Source of the DNA: Utricularia gibba
Lineage: Eukaryota; Plantae; Magnoliophyta
Length of the DNA: 64,000 nt
Direction: 5' to 3'
NCBI GenBank assembly: GCA_002189035.1
Contig: NEEC01000009.1
Coordinates: forward strand, 2,418,001 to 2,482,000
Position 1 is the stretch's first letter; every line of letters starts with the position of its first letter. A model generated the notes under the pieces. That model ran no database searches and was not told the origin of the DNA. It was given only the letters and a program-made list of their open reading frames with translations. A program made the translations under genes and the position numbers. Positions 37,670-49,694 of the stretch are shown here, one piece after another.

Positions 37670-37855
37670 TCATTTGCCATGCCTCTTTCTCAATCTCTCT
37701 CGAACGAATTCATTACGAGCTTTGATCCGGGCCTGTTGAGGAGCAATGTTTACGTACCAAAGATGCAAACCATACCCAAACAAGGAGCTCCCCGCAAGAA
37801 ACACCCCGGCTGTTTGCAACAATTTTCTGGGTGTAGCTTCGAAACACACCACCAT
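37670..37855 (-). CDS. Small (61 aa) single-pass membrane protein with basic C-terminus
   Basis: MVVCFEATPRKLLQTAGVFLAGSSLFGYGLHLWYVNIAPQQARIKARNEFVRERLRKRHGK*. There is a splice acceptor just upstream of the ATG and a site-II-rich promoter near 38180-38225. Confidence 0.7.
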   Translation of the reverse strand: MVVCFEATPRKLLQTAGVFLAGSSLFGYGLHLWYVNIAPQQARIKARNEFVRERLRKRHGK

Positions 37856-38619
37856 GCCAAGAAGCTCTAAGTCCTTAACAGATGCAAACAACACCTCATT
37901 ACTTCAATAACGAAAAAAAAAAAAAGAATCAGCCAATTGGGATACGACGCCTAGAAACACCTGAAGCCCATTCCTATTCGCCAATCTCAAGAAAACAATC
38001 AAGCGGTACTACATGATGACATCCGCTGCAGAAAAGCGATCAAGAAACACTAACCGGAAACTATTTCAGGGATTCCGTGGTTCCTACTCCTGCGACGGGA
38101 GCGGAAATAGGCCTTCAAAATCAAAACCTCTCTCAAAATATAATAATAATAATAATTAAAAGAACAGGCTTGATACGCAACTGTGCAACCCACGGCCCGT
38201 TAGTCGATAGCCCACGGCCCATATACTAAGTATACAGCATATTGAATAAAGCGGTTTTACTTAAAAGCATGTGATATATTTTTATTTAAGATAATAACAT
38301 ATTCAAAATATTTTTTTTTAACATCATGCTAATTTGCAGTATTTATTTTTTTATAACTATGTAATTCATTATTATAATTGTTACGGCGAATGCGTAAAAA
38401 AATAATTTTTTCATATAAATTAATATAATTTAATGAGTAAAGTAACTATCTAACTCTACAGTTGGTATCTAGCCCTACACTCTTGACTCTCACCCTTTAA
38501 AATTATATGCGGTTTGTGTTTTGTTTTGTGGAAGGGCAGGTAGAGTTGCTTAGTCATGACGCAGGCAGGCAGCCAGCGCTCCTTTTTCTTGTAAAAGTCG
38601 TTGAATTTTCTGCTTCGTT

Positions 38620-39638
38620 TTGATGGAATCGGAAGCCGGGAATGTGGGTGTTGTTTGCCTCATTGTCGTCTCCTCTCTTTGCTACTGCTACTTCGTTTCA
38701 GGGGCGCTCCCGCCCGGGAAGAGGCGCCTGCTTTCTCTTCTTCCAGTCCTCTGTATCTTCGCCTTGATCCCTCTTTGCACATCCTCCGTCTTCTTCACCG
38801 GTGTCTCCGCCTTCTTCTTCACATGGATGTCCAACTTCAAGCTTCTGCTGTTCGCTTTCGATCGTGGGCCGATTTCCGCTGCCCCCGGATCCTTCCCCAT
38901 CTTCGTCGCTACGGCTGCTCTGCCGTTCAAGGTGAGGGCGAAGAACCAGCCCCCCAGAAAGCCTAAGAGGTTGCCACTGAATCTTACGGCAGAGATCCCA
39001 ATATCTGCAGTGATTTTGTCGGCTGTGTGTGCTTACAAGGAGCGGATTCATCCCAACGCCTTGTTGATCTTATACTCTTGTCTCATTTTCCTACTGGTCG
39101 AGGTTCTCGTGGGGGTCTCAAGCGCATTCCTCAGCGCCGTCTTTGGGCTTGACCTGGAGCCGCCTTCAGACGAGCCGTATTTGGCGACCACCGTCCGCGA
39201 GTTCTGGGGCAGGCGCTGGAACTTAGCGGTCAACGAAATACTCCGGGAGACGGTGTACCGGCCGGTGCTCTCGGCCGCAAAGGGGAAAGAATGGGGGGCG
39301 CTGGCGGCCGCGATGGCGGTGTTCGTCGTGTCCGGTGTGATGCACGAGGTAATGCTCTGGCACGTGACGAGGGCAACGCCGTCGGGGAAATGAGCATGTT
39401 TTTCGTGGTCCAAGGGGGGTTTGTGGCGGTCGAGTCCTGGGCGAATAGGAAGAAGAAGAAAAAGGCGCCGTGGTTCGTGGGGTGGCCGGTGACGATGGGG
39501 ATCGTGATAGGGACCGCCTTTTGGCTCTTCTTTCCACCGCTGATCAAGAACGACGCTGATGTTCGGCTTCTGGGGGAGTTGGAGGCGGCAGCGCAGAGAT
39601 GCAAGCAAATGGGCCACGTGCTAGGCCTCAACTTTTAG
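38620..39638 (+). CDS. MBOAT long-chain-alcohol O-fatty-acyltransferase (wax synthase), intronless; apparent -1 frameshift at 39384-39387
   Basis: FFFTWMSNFKLLLFAFDRGP, EPPSDEPYLATTVREFWGRRWNL, FVVSGVMHE (catalytic His). FFVVQG and TAFWLFFPPL follow in the shifted frame. Confidence 0.9.
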
Positions 39639-41062
39639 GCCCACCATCTCTCCACCCAAAAGAAACAATAGGTCTAATAATTGCCACGGCAACACCAAAT
39701 TAATTAAATGAATAATTCACTTTTTATATATAAATAAAACCCAATTTTCAGGAAAACCAAAATTAAACTATCTAATTTCTTATAATGAAGTTAAAAACCC
39801 ATGGGATTTTGATCGTAAACAGTTTATGCTATAACTTTTATTAAATTTGAAATGCTTTAAAGTAAAAAAAAATAAATCACGATTCAATCTCAATTGAATC
39901 ATGTTTTGTAGTCACGTTTTTTAATTGACGTCATGTTAATATATATATATGTATATTTATTTATTTATTTATTTTTATTTTTATTTATTTATGATAATTG
40001 ATAAATTTCTCATCTCCCAAATATTGAAATAACCTTGTCAAATTATTATTACTCATATCCAACATTTTCAGAAATTAAATGTTGTTTATGGACTTATTTT
40101 TAAATAATCATATGGATCTCATGATAAATTATAAAAGTGGACATTTGTTATACAATGTATGAAAAAAATGATCATTTATAAAATTTTTGTCAGTGCGTGA
40201 AAATGAAAGTGATTATGGCAAGTTTTCTAAATGAGACTTAATCTCATGATTGATCAAATTAAATAAACTTGCGCCATCCTAGTCACCATGTATTACATGA
40301 GAATATTGTTTTTTTTATTGATGCTAAATTTGTAGTCTATTAGATAGGTTTATTTACAATTTCAAATACACATGTGTTAATAAATATATTTATTTGATAA
40401 ACGTATTTTTTCAATATACATATAATTTGTAAAATATTGGTATAAAATTCAATCATGTTTCAAAAATATTTTTTCACATTAATCTAGCAAAGTTTTTTTT
40501 TCATTTATTGTTTATCAAACATAATATAATTTTAAACATATTTATAAGTTCTGTGTGTTAAATACATTTTCAATTTTTCTGTATAATATAAATATATTAT
40601 TAAATTATCGTACGGATTGAATCGATTGACAAAATGGTTAGATCATTCAGACCATGGTTTAGCGATGTGTGGTTTAGGTGGTTTTGAGTCATCGGGCGGA
40701 CAGATGCAGCAGCAATACGCGTGTAAATTTCATTTATTGCGAAATAATAATAATAAATAAATAAGGGAAAAAAGAATGCGAATTACCCAGCCGCATATCT
40801 ACCCGCCTTTCCTTTCCTCTACAGAATTGTGGAAGAGAGGAGAGAAGAAAAGAAAAGGGAAAATCGGTTTCTGTGGTCTTGTTTTTCGTGTACATATGTT
40901 GGTTTTCCGAGAGGTTCCCCCTTCGCCCTACTTTTCTTCTCGCCGTTGATTTCCTGTAGCGGGAGGCCTTTGATCGGTTTCTTGTTTGGGGGGTTTTTTT
41001 TTTTTCTTGATTTCGGTTTTGATTGTTGTGTTTTTTCCCACCTTCTTTGTGGGTTTACGGTC

Positions 41063-41733
41063 ATGAGGCGGGGAGAGCGGCGGCGAGGAAATCGGAGGCG
41101 GTGGGCGGGGGATTGGTGGATGGATCTGGGGTTTCCAAGGAGATTAGGTTCAGAGGCGTGAGAAAGAGACCCTGGGGCAGATACGCGGCGGAGATAAGGG
41201 ATCCGTGGAAGAAGACGCGGGTCTGGTTGGGGACCTTTGACTCGGCGGAGGACGCTGCAAGGGCTTATGATTCCGCCGCTCGCTCTCTTCGTGGCCCGAA
41301 AGCGAAGACGAATTTCCCTCTCCCGGCGAACGGCGGAATTTTCCCTGATTTTAACCCTCAAAACCCTAACCAGGCCCCAATCGTTAATTACCACAACGAT
41401 CCATTCACTGGACAGGGGTTTTATACGCAGGATCAACAGACGATTGCCCAACAGAGGCCTACTTCCAGCGGCATGAGCAGCACCGTTGAATCTTTCAGTC
41501 GCCCCCGGCAGCAGGTGCAGCCGCCGCTGCCGCTGCGGAGGTTTCCTCGCTCCCCTCCCATTGCTCCAGATGACTGCCACAGCGACTGTGACTCCTCATC
41601 CTCCGTGATTGATGACGCTGATTGTGATATGGCTTATTCCTCTGGTAAAAAGTTCCTGCCTTTTGACCTCAATGCGATTCCTACGGTGGACGCTGATGCA
41701 GAGGAGCTTGCCTGCACGGCGCTGCGACTTTGA
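41063..41733 (+). CDS. ERF3: Class II (group VIIIa) ERF repressor, ERF3/ERF7-like; apparent -1 frameshift at 41070-41073
   Basis: AP2 domain [63 protein letters not shown]-like FDLNAIP and terminal CTALRL. The family-typical start MRRGRAAA needs one extra G after the ATG at 41063. Confidence 0.9.
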
Positions 41734-43544
41734 AGAACACACTCTACCAATGATTGCAGCGGTGATCCTATCCTCAAAGCTTCTCTCTTTTTTTGCCGGG
41801 AAAATGAACAACCAAGAAAAAGGATACTGCTTGAGTAGGAGATGAATGACTAAGGCTTGGCGAATGTTTAAGTCTCTCTTCTACGAGTGTGTTGTTTCCA
41901 TGGAAAAGTTGTGTTAAATATACACTTTATTGTTACTGATTGTAATAGCCACCGCCATGATGCCTTAGGTTCCTTAATCTTCTTGCTGAATGTTAATGGA
42001 TCCTATTGCTTGTTAACTGTTTCTCTCTAGAATTCAGGCAGTGTTTGGGTTCCCGGTTCTAACCATCCTCATGACTTACTTTATCTAAATCGCGCCTCAT
42101 AAATCTGGTTTTGTTTGCTGGCTAAACATTGCTGTAGTTGTGAGTATGAATGATACTGCGAGTGATTGTATATGTCCATTGCCATGATCTTTTGCTTCCG
42201 TAGTTTTCCTTGTTATCTGCTTCACTACGTAATTCAATCAGTGTTCTTGTTCCTTTCCTTTGAATAGCTAATCAAAATGCTTGTTGTTATTCTTGTTTAT
42301 GTTTCTGGTATTTGCCTCTTGCAGAAACCATGATTGTATCTGTTACTGATGGTAATGATGTCTTTGCTCCTGAATCTTCATAGATCCCATGGCTTGTCAC
42401 AAGACCTGATGTTATCTTGCCCTCTCCAGTGCTGATGAACTCTTGGTTGTAGCTGTGGTATCTTGTCACTTGCAGAAACTGTAATCCTTTTCTCAAGGTG
42501 GCGGATACAACATACTGTTTGGGCAACACTTTATTTTCAAAATGAGAATAAGAGAGCAAGAATCAGCATCAGAAGATGCTTCTCATTCCTTGCAACTTCC
42601 TTTTGCCCATTTTGACCACTGAGCTACAAGAAGATTCCTGTAATCTTCCTCCAAGGTGCAACTTGTGAAGCCATTCTACTTGAACTTGGTAGGAGCTGCT
42701 GGTTCCTGGTTTGATGACCATTCTCTACAGTGGCTTGTTGTTTAATTTTCATTGGCTTGCGTTTAGCATTTAAAAAACTGGGTTAAAAAGTTCAACGGTC
42801 AAATTTATTAATCCTGTTAAATGTTATTACCAAAATTAAGTTCACGTGGGTTAGATTCCTTTTAACCGGTCTATTCTACCTGTACGTTTCACTGCTTTTT
42901 TACCCCAACCCAAAAACATCTTACACCACAATTCACCCGTTTGTGTATTTTTTTACCGCGTGTGACTCGTTTTTGGCGAAAGGGGAGTACAGTGAATTGT
43001 TTAATTAATCTATTACACGGATGCACAGTTTCCATATTTGCCCCGGGTCCACGGTCTAAATCAGTCTACGGTCAAAGTCTCTGTCTACTCTTTACTCTTT
43101 CTCCTCCTCAGTTACGTTACCCAGAGGGCCTCACCTCAGCTTTCTTACTCGCGCCAGTTGCCGCTTACCTGTAGTTACCACCAGTGCTCAGCGCTGCAGA
43201 TCTGCGCCCGAATCCCGAAAAACCCTAATCGTTTTAGGGTCACCAGGTAAAGCTTTTATCGGCATTGCTGTTTCTCTATGGAGTTTAAGACAAACAATGG
43301 GTAATGCCGGTAGAGGGATTGCTAAAAATGGCTTCCGAGTCGCTGTTGCGTTTAAATTTTTGCCTTTTTATTCTTGTCATGGGTTGAGTTGGAAGTCGAT
43401 GTTTCTTCATAGGTTGTTGTCTGTGGGATTCGGGGGTTTTTTTTTGTTTCGCTTCCTTTATAAGAAGCGCATTTAGAGTTTGATAAATAGTCATTGGGAG
43501 TGTGAATTTGATGCGTTCACCTGTTCGCCTTGAGCCAGAGATAT

Positions 43545-46250
43545 ATGGCAGCAAGGGAAGCTGATAATCCTGCTCTTGGGCAAATTAGTTGTGGTACATT
43601 GCTGCAACAATTACAGGTAATTCTGCAGTGCTCATCTCATTTGTATCCGTGTTCTGCTGACGCTAGAGACTGAGACGTGTTGTGTAATCTCTTAAAATCA
43701 GAAAATTTGGGATGAAGTAGGTGAATGTGATGATGAACGCAACAGAATGCTTGTTCAATTAGAACAGGAATGCTTGGATGTGTATAAGAGAAAAGTTGAT
43801 CAGGCTGTGAAATCCAGAGCCCATCTTCTCCAGACATTGGCTGATGCTAGAGTTGAGCTCACAAATCTCCAATCCGCACTTGGAGAGAAAACTTATGGTG
43901 GAATAGTAAGTAATTAAGACTGAAATACAATGAGGAAGATCTCCGGGAAAAAACTGTAATCTCTCAAAATTTCCCTCAATGACTTCTTTAACAGCCGGAG
44001 AAGACATCAGGGACGATCAAGGAACATCTTGCTGCTATAGCTCCTGCACTGGAAAAACTATGGAAACAGAAGGATGAAAGAATGAATGAGTTTTCTGATG
44101 TTCAGTCTCAGATACAGAAGATCAATGCTGAAATTTCAGGAACTAATGGTGTAGTTCCGAGTCCAGTAGTTGACGAGACTGATTTATCCCTGAAGAAGTT
44201 AAATATATTTCGTACGCAGCTCCAAGAATTGCAGAAAGAAAAGGTTAGGTCCTTTCTACTAATGCACCTTCAGTTTCTTCTTTCATTCTGTGAAGGCTTA
44301 CTCCTTTATACATTCAATTGTTTTAGAGTGATAGGCTGCACAGAGTTCTTGAATTTGTCAGCACAGTTCATGATCTTTGCGCCGTTCTGGGCTTGAACTT
44401 CCTCACAACTATCGCAGACGTGCATCCAACCCTGAATGACTGTAGTGAGTTGCAGTCAAAAAGCATAAGCAATGACACATTATCTAGATTGGCTAGGACG
44501 GTTTTGGGTCTTAAGGAAGAGAAGAACCAGAGATTAAAAAAGGTAGTGCCATCAGCTTGTCCCTCTTTCTTTATAAGCTTTGTTGTCAATTTTATTTTAT
44601 ATTTTTATCCTCTGAATCCTGCAATGATTCTTATTTCGTATGGCTCTCCGCGCAGCTCCAAGACTTGGCGACTCAGTTGACTGATCTCTGGAACTTAATG
44701 GACACTTCTTCAGAAGAACGCAGCCTTTTTGACCATGTAACTTGTAACATTTCAGCTTCAGTTGATAAAGTTACTATGCCTGGGGCACTTGCTTTGGAAC
44801 TAATTGAACAGGTAGCAGGGATATTCAATTGAATCATTATCTTGTCCCTTTCTTCTATTCAATCGTTCATGAAATGTTGTTTCCTAAATTTCTGAAGGCT
44901 GAAGTGGAAGTGGATAGGCTCGATCAGCTGAAGGCTAGCAGGATGAAGGAAATAGCTCTCAAAAAGCAATCTGAGCTTGAGATAATCTACGCTCTTGCAC
45001 ACATAGAGATTGACACTGATGCTGCTCGGGAAAAAATTCTATCGCTCATAGATTCAGGAAACATTGAACCCACAGAACTCTTGATGGACATGGATGATCA
45101 GATATTCAAAGCAAAAGAAGAGGCTTTCAGCAGAAAAGAGATATTGGATAAAGTTGAGAAATGGATGTCAGCTACTGAAGAGGAAAATTGGCTTGATGAT
45201 TATAATAGGGTAAGAAGTGAACTTTCTGTTGCTCTACTTGAAGTGATTAAGTGTTCAGAGATGAGGGATGCAAGCATTTTCTTATTCAAGCATAGCTTGG
45301 GAGGGGCATTTATTACAAGGGAAAATAAATGGATAAAAATGCATTACCCATAGAATCCTTCAATTTTCATCATTATTAGTAACTTTATTTTGATTTGATG
45401 GAGAGCCATGAAACAATGTCGTTTATATCTCCACCTTTCTGATCGGTGAAGTCCTGGTTTTTGTTCAATAATTCAGACACTAGCTCAGAATGTTGTATGG
45501 CACAACAGGATCACAACAGGTATAATGCCAGCAGAGGTGCACATTTGAATCTTAAGAGGGCAGAAAAGGCAAGAGTACTGGTCAACAAAATTCCAGGTAC
45601 TTATCAAACATGTGACATATCTCCTGCATTATAACTTGTTTCCCATGAATCATAGATACTTTATCTGGGCCAATATTTGAATCTCAGTTGAAATTCCTTT
45701 TTCATGATCCCTTTTCAGCTCTAGTTGATAGCTTAATTTTCAAAACTCGTTCCTGGGAGCAAGATCATGGAGTTACATTCACCTACGATGGTGTTCCTCT
45801 TCTTGCAATGCTAGAAGAATACACGTTTTTAAGGCAAGAGAGAGAAGAGGAGAGGAAGAGAATGAAGGTTATACTTATTTCTCTATACGGGATTCCTCTG
45901 TCACTGTGCATATTTTGGTCAGACCAAAATATAAAGTCTGTCGACTGCCAATTTCAGGACCATAAAAAGTTCAATGAGCAGATGAGCAAGGAACAAGAAG
46001 CCATATTTGGCTCACCTTCTAGCCCAGCCAAACAGCTTAGCACGAGGAAATTGGCTGGACCACGAACCAATGGTGCAGGCTCTGTTGGTAGCTCCACCCG
46101 GCGGCTTTCCTCTCAGAACGGTTCTAGATCCGTGAACCGCGATGGGAGGAGGACAGCAGGCCTGCTGCTCCTGTTAACTACGTAGCCATCTCGAAAGAGG
46201 ATACCTCATCTCATGCTACTGGCACAGACCCCCTTCCTAGTACACCATAG
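43545..46250 (+). CDS. MAP65-1: 65-kDa microtubule-associated protein MAP65-1/2-like; apparent -1 frameshift at 46151-46152
   Basis: In-frame exons: [80 protein letters not shown]. The conserved tail [12 protein letters not shown] is in the shifted frame. Confidence 0.92.
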
Positions 46251-47444
46251 TGCATGCTTTGAATTTTTTAATGTTCATTTGAAATTTCTTTTTGTAGTAG
46301 GTAGTTGTGGTCTGATATTTATTATATGAGCAAGTTGATTCCTCGCTAGATGTTTGTGTGTTCTTTAAGGAGGCTAACTTGTCCTTGTCAGCTCAGAAAT
46401 TGCTCCCCAACCATATTTGGTTATTTAGTTACAAGGTAGAGCTCTTTCAGGATTGTTAAATCCTTTCCCATGTGTAATAACTAAATATTCATTAGTGGTA
46501 TGGAAATTGTTACTCTCCAATGCTCATTGTAGTCCATAATACTTGGCCTTTTCTAATGCTATGATTCCAAATCAGCTTTTTGTTTCATGAAGCCATCCGC
46601 ATTTAATCAAATGAATGACTGCTTGAACTACATGTGCTCGTTTTGGAGAAGCAGCTGATTTTGCAAGATTGCACTTTGTCGACAGCCCTGAAAATGTACA
46701 CTAAGGCTGCAAGGTTTGCAGTTTCACTGGAGATATTCTCTGTTGCAGCTGGTTCCTGTGTGATTCATTGGTGTAAATCCATCAACTAGTGCGTACTTAA
46801 CCGCAGTTTCATCGTGAATCGTGATTGGTAGTTTATATTTTTCTGTGGACGAGAGCCCTGTACAGGTTCTGCATTCCAGCATAAAGCTTTGAAGCTTTCA
46901 ATGCAGAATGCTTTTACAAGGTACATGTTGTGTGAATTGATTACTTGTTTGTCTTCCTGTCCTGGTTGTTATGATATTGGAATTGAATCTTGTTGTTTCA
47001 GCGATGAGCCTGGCGTGGAGAATTATTGTGTCCCTTCATTCCCCTTTTGTTTGAAGATATGGAGGGACAGGAGCAGGACCACCACTCATGAACGCAGTCA
47101 ACCTTGCAGACACAAAAGACATTGAACCTAAAGTGGAAAGTGGACTTGTTGCCCCCTAAAATATTCAAATTCCATCATCCTCCTACAAAAAGACAGCAGC
47201 GGTTATTGATGTTGGTTCTAATTCCCTGGACAGGCAATCATGGGATCGGTATGCCTGCCTGTTCCTCTCTGGGCTAGTTTGCTTTGCGCCTTTGAAAAAG
47301 TGTTTGCTGCGTGATGAAACTTAAAACTAAATTTTAGTTCTAAGCATAGCATTCTCTTCTGTTATATGTTGCAAGTTAGATGGAAAAAACGGATTGAAAT
47401 GTTTCTTGGCAAAGTAAGCACTACATGGAACCAGAAGCAGTGGT

Positions 47445-48838
47445 CTAAAGTGGACAGAGTGATGCAACAATGTGCGAGAACTGAAGCTGATCCATGAGCT
47501 CCTTGGCATGAGCTGTGGCTCGACTCATGACACGGAGAAAAGCTCATTGCTAAGATGATCGCCGATGTGTGCATCGACTAGGACGCCGGTGACACTCCGG
47601 CAGCTGTTCGCAAGAGCTTGCCCAATCTCAGCCATGTCTTCAGGGTGACTGACCACCAAAGGGCTCCCTCCCCTGAAGAGCTCCAACCTTTTGATCATGA
47701 AGGAGCCATTTGCCTCTACCACCTCCTTGAAATCCTCCACACTTGGAGCATAAACAGGGATATTGAAACTATCCCTTTTTCCACTGGTTATCAGTCCCTG
47801 TAAGATGGACAAATGATGGATGAACACTGTACAGTTGCTTACAGGAAGCATCATATGAAAAAACACAAATAGATGCATGTACCTCTTGCACAAGGTCATC
47901 CCATGCATCTTGGAAGTGAGTTCCGAAGAGAACTCCGGCGCCGCCCTGATCAGATGGGTCGGAGGAGGCCCGACCCAAGCATACCAGGAACATGGAGCCT
48001 CCCTTTTTCACTTCTTTGGCCCTTGCAGAGAGGAATCCTGCCAGGTCTGTCTGAAACTGTTTCTTGTATGCATTAGCTGTGCTTTCACTTGCACCGTGGA
48101 TGAACACTTTTCCCCTGTTGTAAGCCGTTGATCTCTTGTCCGTAACCGCATCAGGAACCTTACATACCGTACCGTACAGAAAGAAAGAAGTTATAACCTG
48201 CTTACAAAACAAGTTTTTGACAGGAAATAATTTACGAGTCACCTGAGAAAGCCAGTGGAGTGAGAAGGCAGAGTAGAAGAAATCAACGGATTTGGCCGGA
48301 AAAAGGCGCCTGTAGAAGGAGCCAGGGACTCCGGCCGCGAAGTACGAGCGGTGGCTGTCCGAAGCCAGACACTCCTCCATGCTACAGCCGTCATAGGGAG
48401 GGAGGAGCTGAAACAGGACATTGAAGTCATTCGACGGCAGATCGGAGAAAAAAGCGGAAAACTCCGGCGTGTCGTCCCCGGCATCCTGGTACCGCTTAGT
48501 GATATGCTTCACGATAAAATCCACCATGAATATGGTGTTGCTCCCACAGGAGCAGCCGAGATCCGCCACCACGAAGGCGACATCCGCCGTGCTCAGCCGC
48601 ACGCCATCCAGCGCTTCTCTCAGCAAATGCAGCATTGATCGAGCATGCTGAGCCTAAACATTTCAGTCCAGTCACATACTTCTCCCATTCAAACAAAAAG
48701 AAACATCCTTTCTTCATAAACAACACTGAAAAAAACCTGAGCTTGGGAGTTGTTGAGGTAGCTGTCTTCTCCTTTGCCTCCTTTCATGCTCAGCATCCTT
48801 TCGAGCTTCATCTTGGAAACGACGACGTTCTCAGCCAT
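47445..48838 (-). CDS. IAMT1: Indole-3-acetate O-methyltransferase 1 (SABATH family), 4 exons; apparent -1 frameshift at 47534-47535
   Basis: KLERMLSMKGGKGEDSYLNNSQAQ, VADLGCSCGSNT, FFSDLPSNDFN, AGVPGSFYRRLFP, SAFSLHWLSQ, FGTHFQDAWDDLV, DSFNIPVYAPS. The tail RATAHAKEL..QFSHIVASL is in the shifted frame. Confidence 0.92.
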
Positions 48839-49694
48839 ATGCAGTTGCAGAAGGAACCCAAAATGAGAAGCTCCAGGGAATGGCCAATGAGTCCCTTCTC
48901 CTCTCCACTCTCTATATTTATACATCTTCGGCCTGCAGCCTATCCACTCTTTCTAGACTATAGATTATAATTTTTTATAATATGGTGGAAATAATATTAC
49001 TAGTATTTGTTGTTTTATACGCAAATCGTGATTCAATCATGAATCCCATTCCAATTGACGTATAATACAAGGTACGCCATGTTAAAAATTAATTTTTTTA
49101 AAAATAAATCTTTCCTCATTTTTTACATCAAGATTCTTCATTGACTTTAATATTCAAATATTTAATAATGCAATATTTTTTTAATTTAATAAAATTATAG
49201 AATTCTTCTTAGATTTTACAAATTTCAAATCTTTCTAATTTGAGTAATAATCGAAGTGGACAATATCATACAAAAAGATGATATACATTTGATACTAGAA
49301 TTAAACTATAATCAATGGTAGGGCAAATCATAATAAAGATGTTGAGTTTATAAGGATGGGTAAAAGAACTCAACTCAATAAAGAATATAAAGATTTTAGA
49401 AGAATTTTACATCAATTATATACGAAGTAAATGAATAATTTATATGAATATATGTTTTTTAATTTTACATGTTATCTTTTTTTCAAAAGAAAAAAAATTA
49501 TAAAAATTAAATACATGAAACAAACAATATCACATAAAAAAGTATAAATAGTTACATAGAAAATAATCTAATTTAATTTAATTTATGTATACTTCAAAAA
49601 AAAATCCAATAGGAACATGAAGAATTGTATGTACTGCATTGCATTGAAACACAGAGATGCTTGGAGATAAATCCATGGCGACCTTGATCTTTGA

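Noticed and set aside
39640-40620. Long AT-rich intergenic tracts (also 3240-3560, 48960-49590)
   Set aside because: I found only microsatellites and low complexity, with no terminal repeats, ORFs or periodic arrays.
46643-46653. TGGAGAAGCAG, matching the 5' half of miR164
   Set aside because: Only 11 nt match and I saw no supporting hairpin.
31634-48838. Apparent hormone or development cluster (LOG-like, TRN1, ERF, IAMT1)
   Set aside because: The genes share no pathway and are interspersed with housekeeping genes. Conserved gene order explains the proximity.
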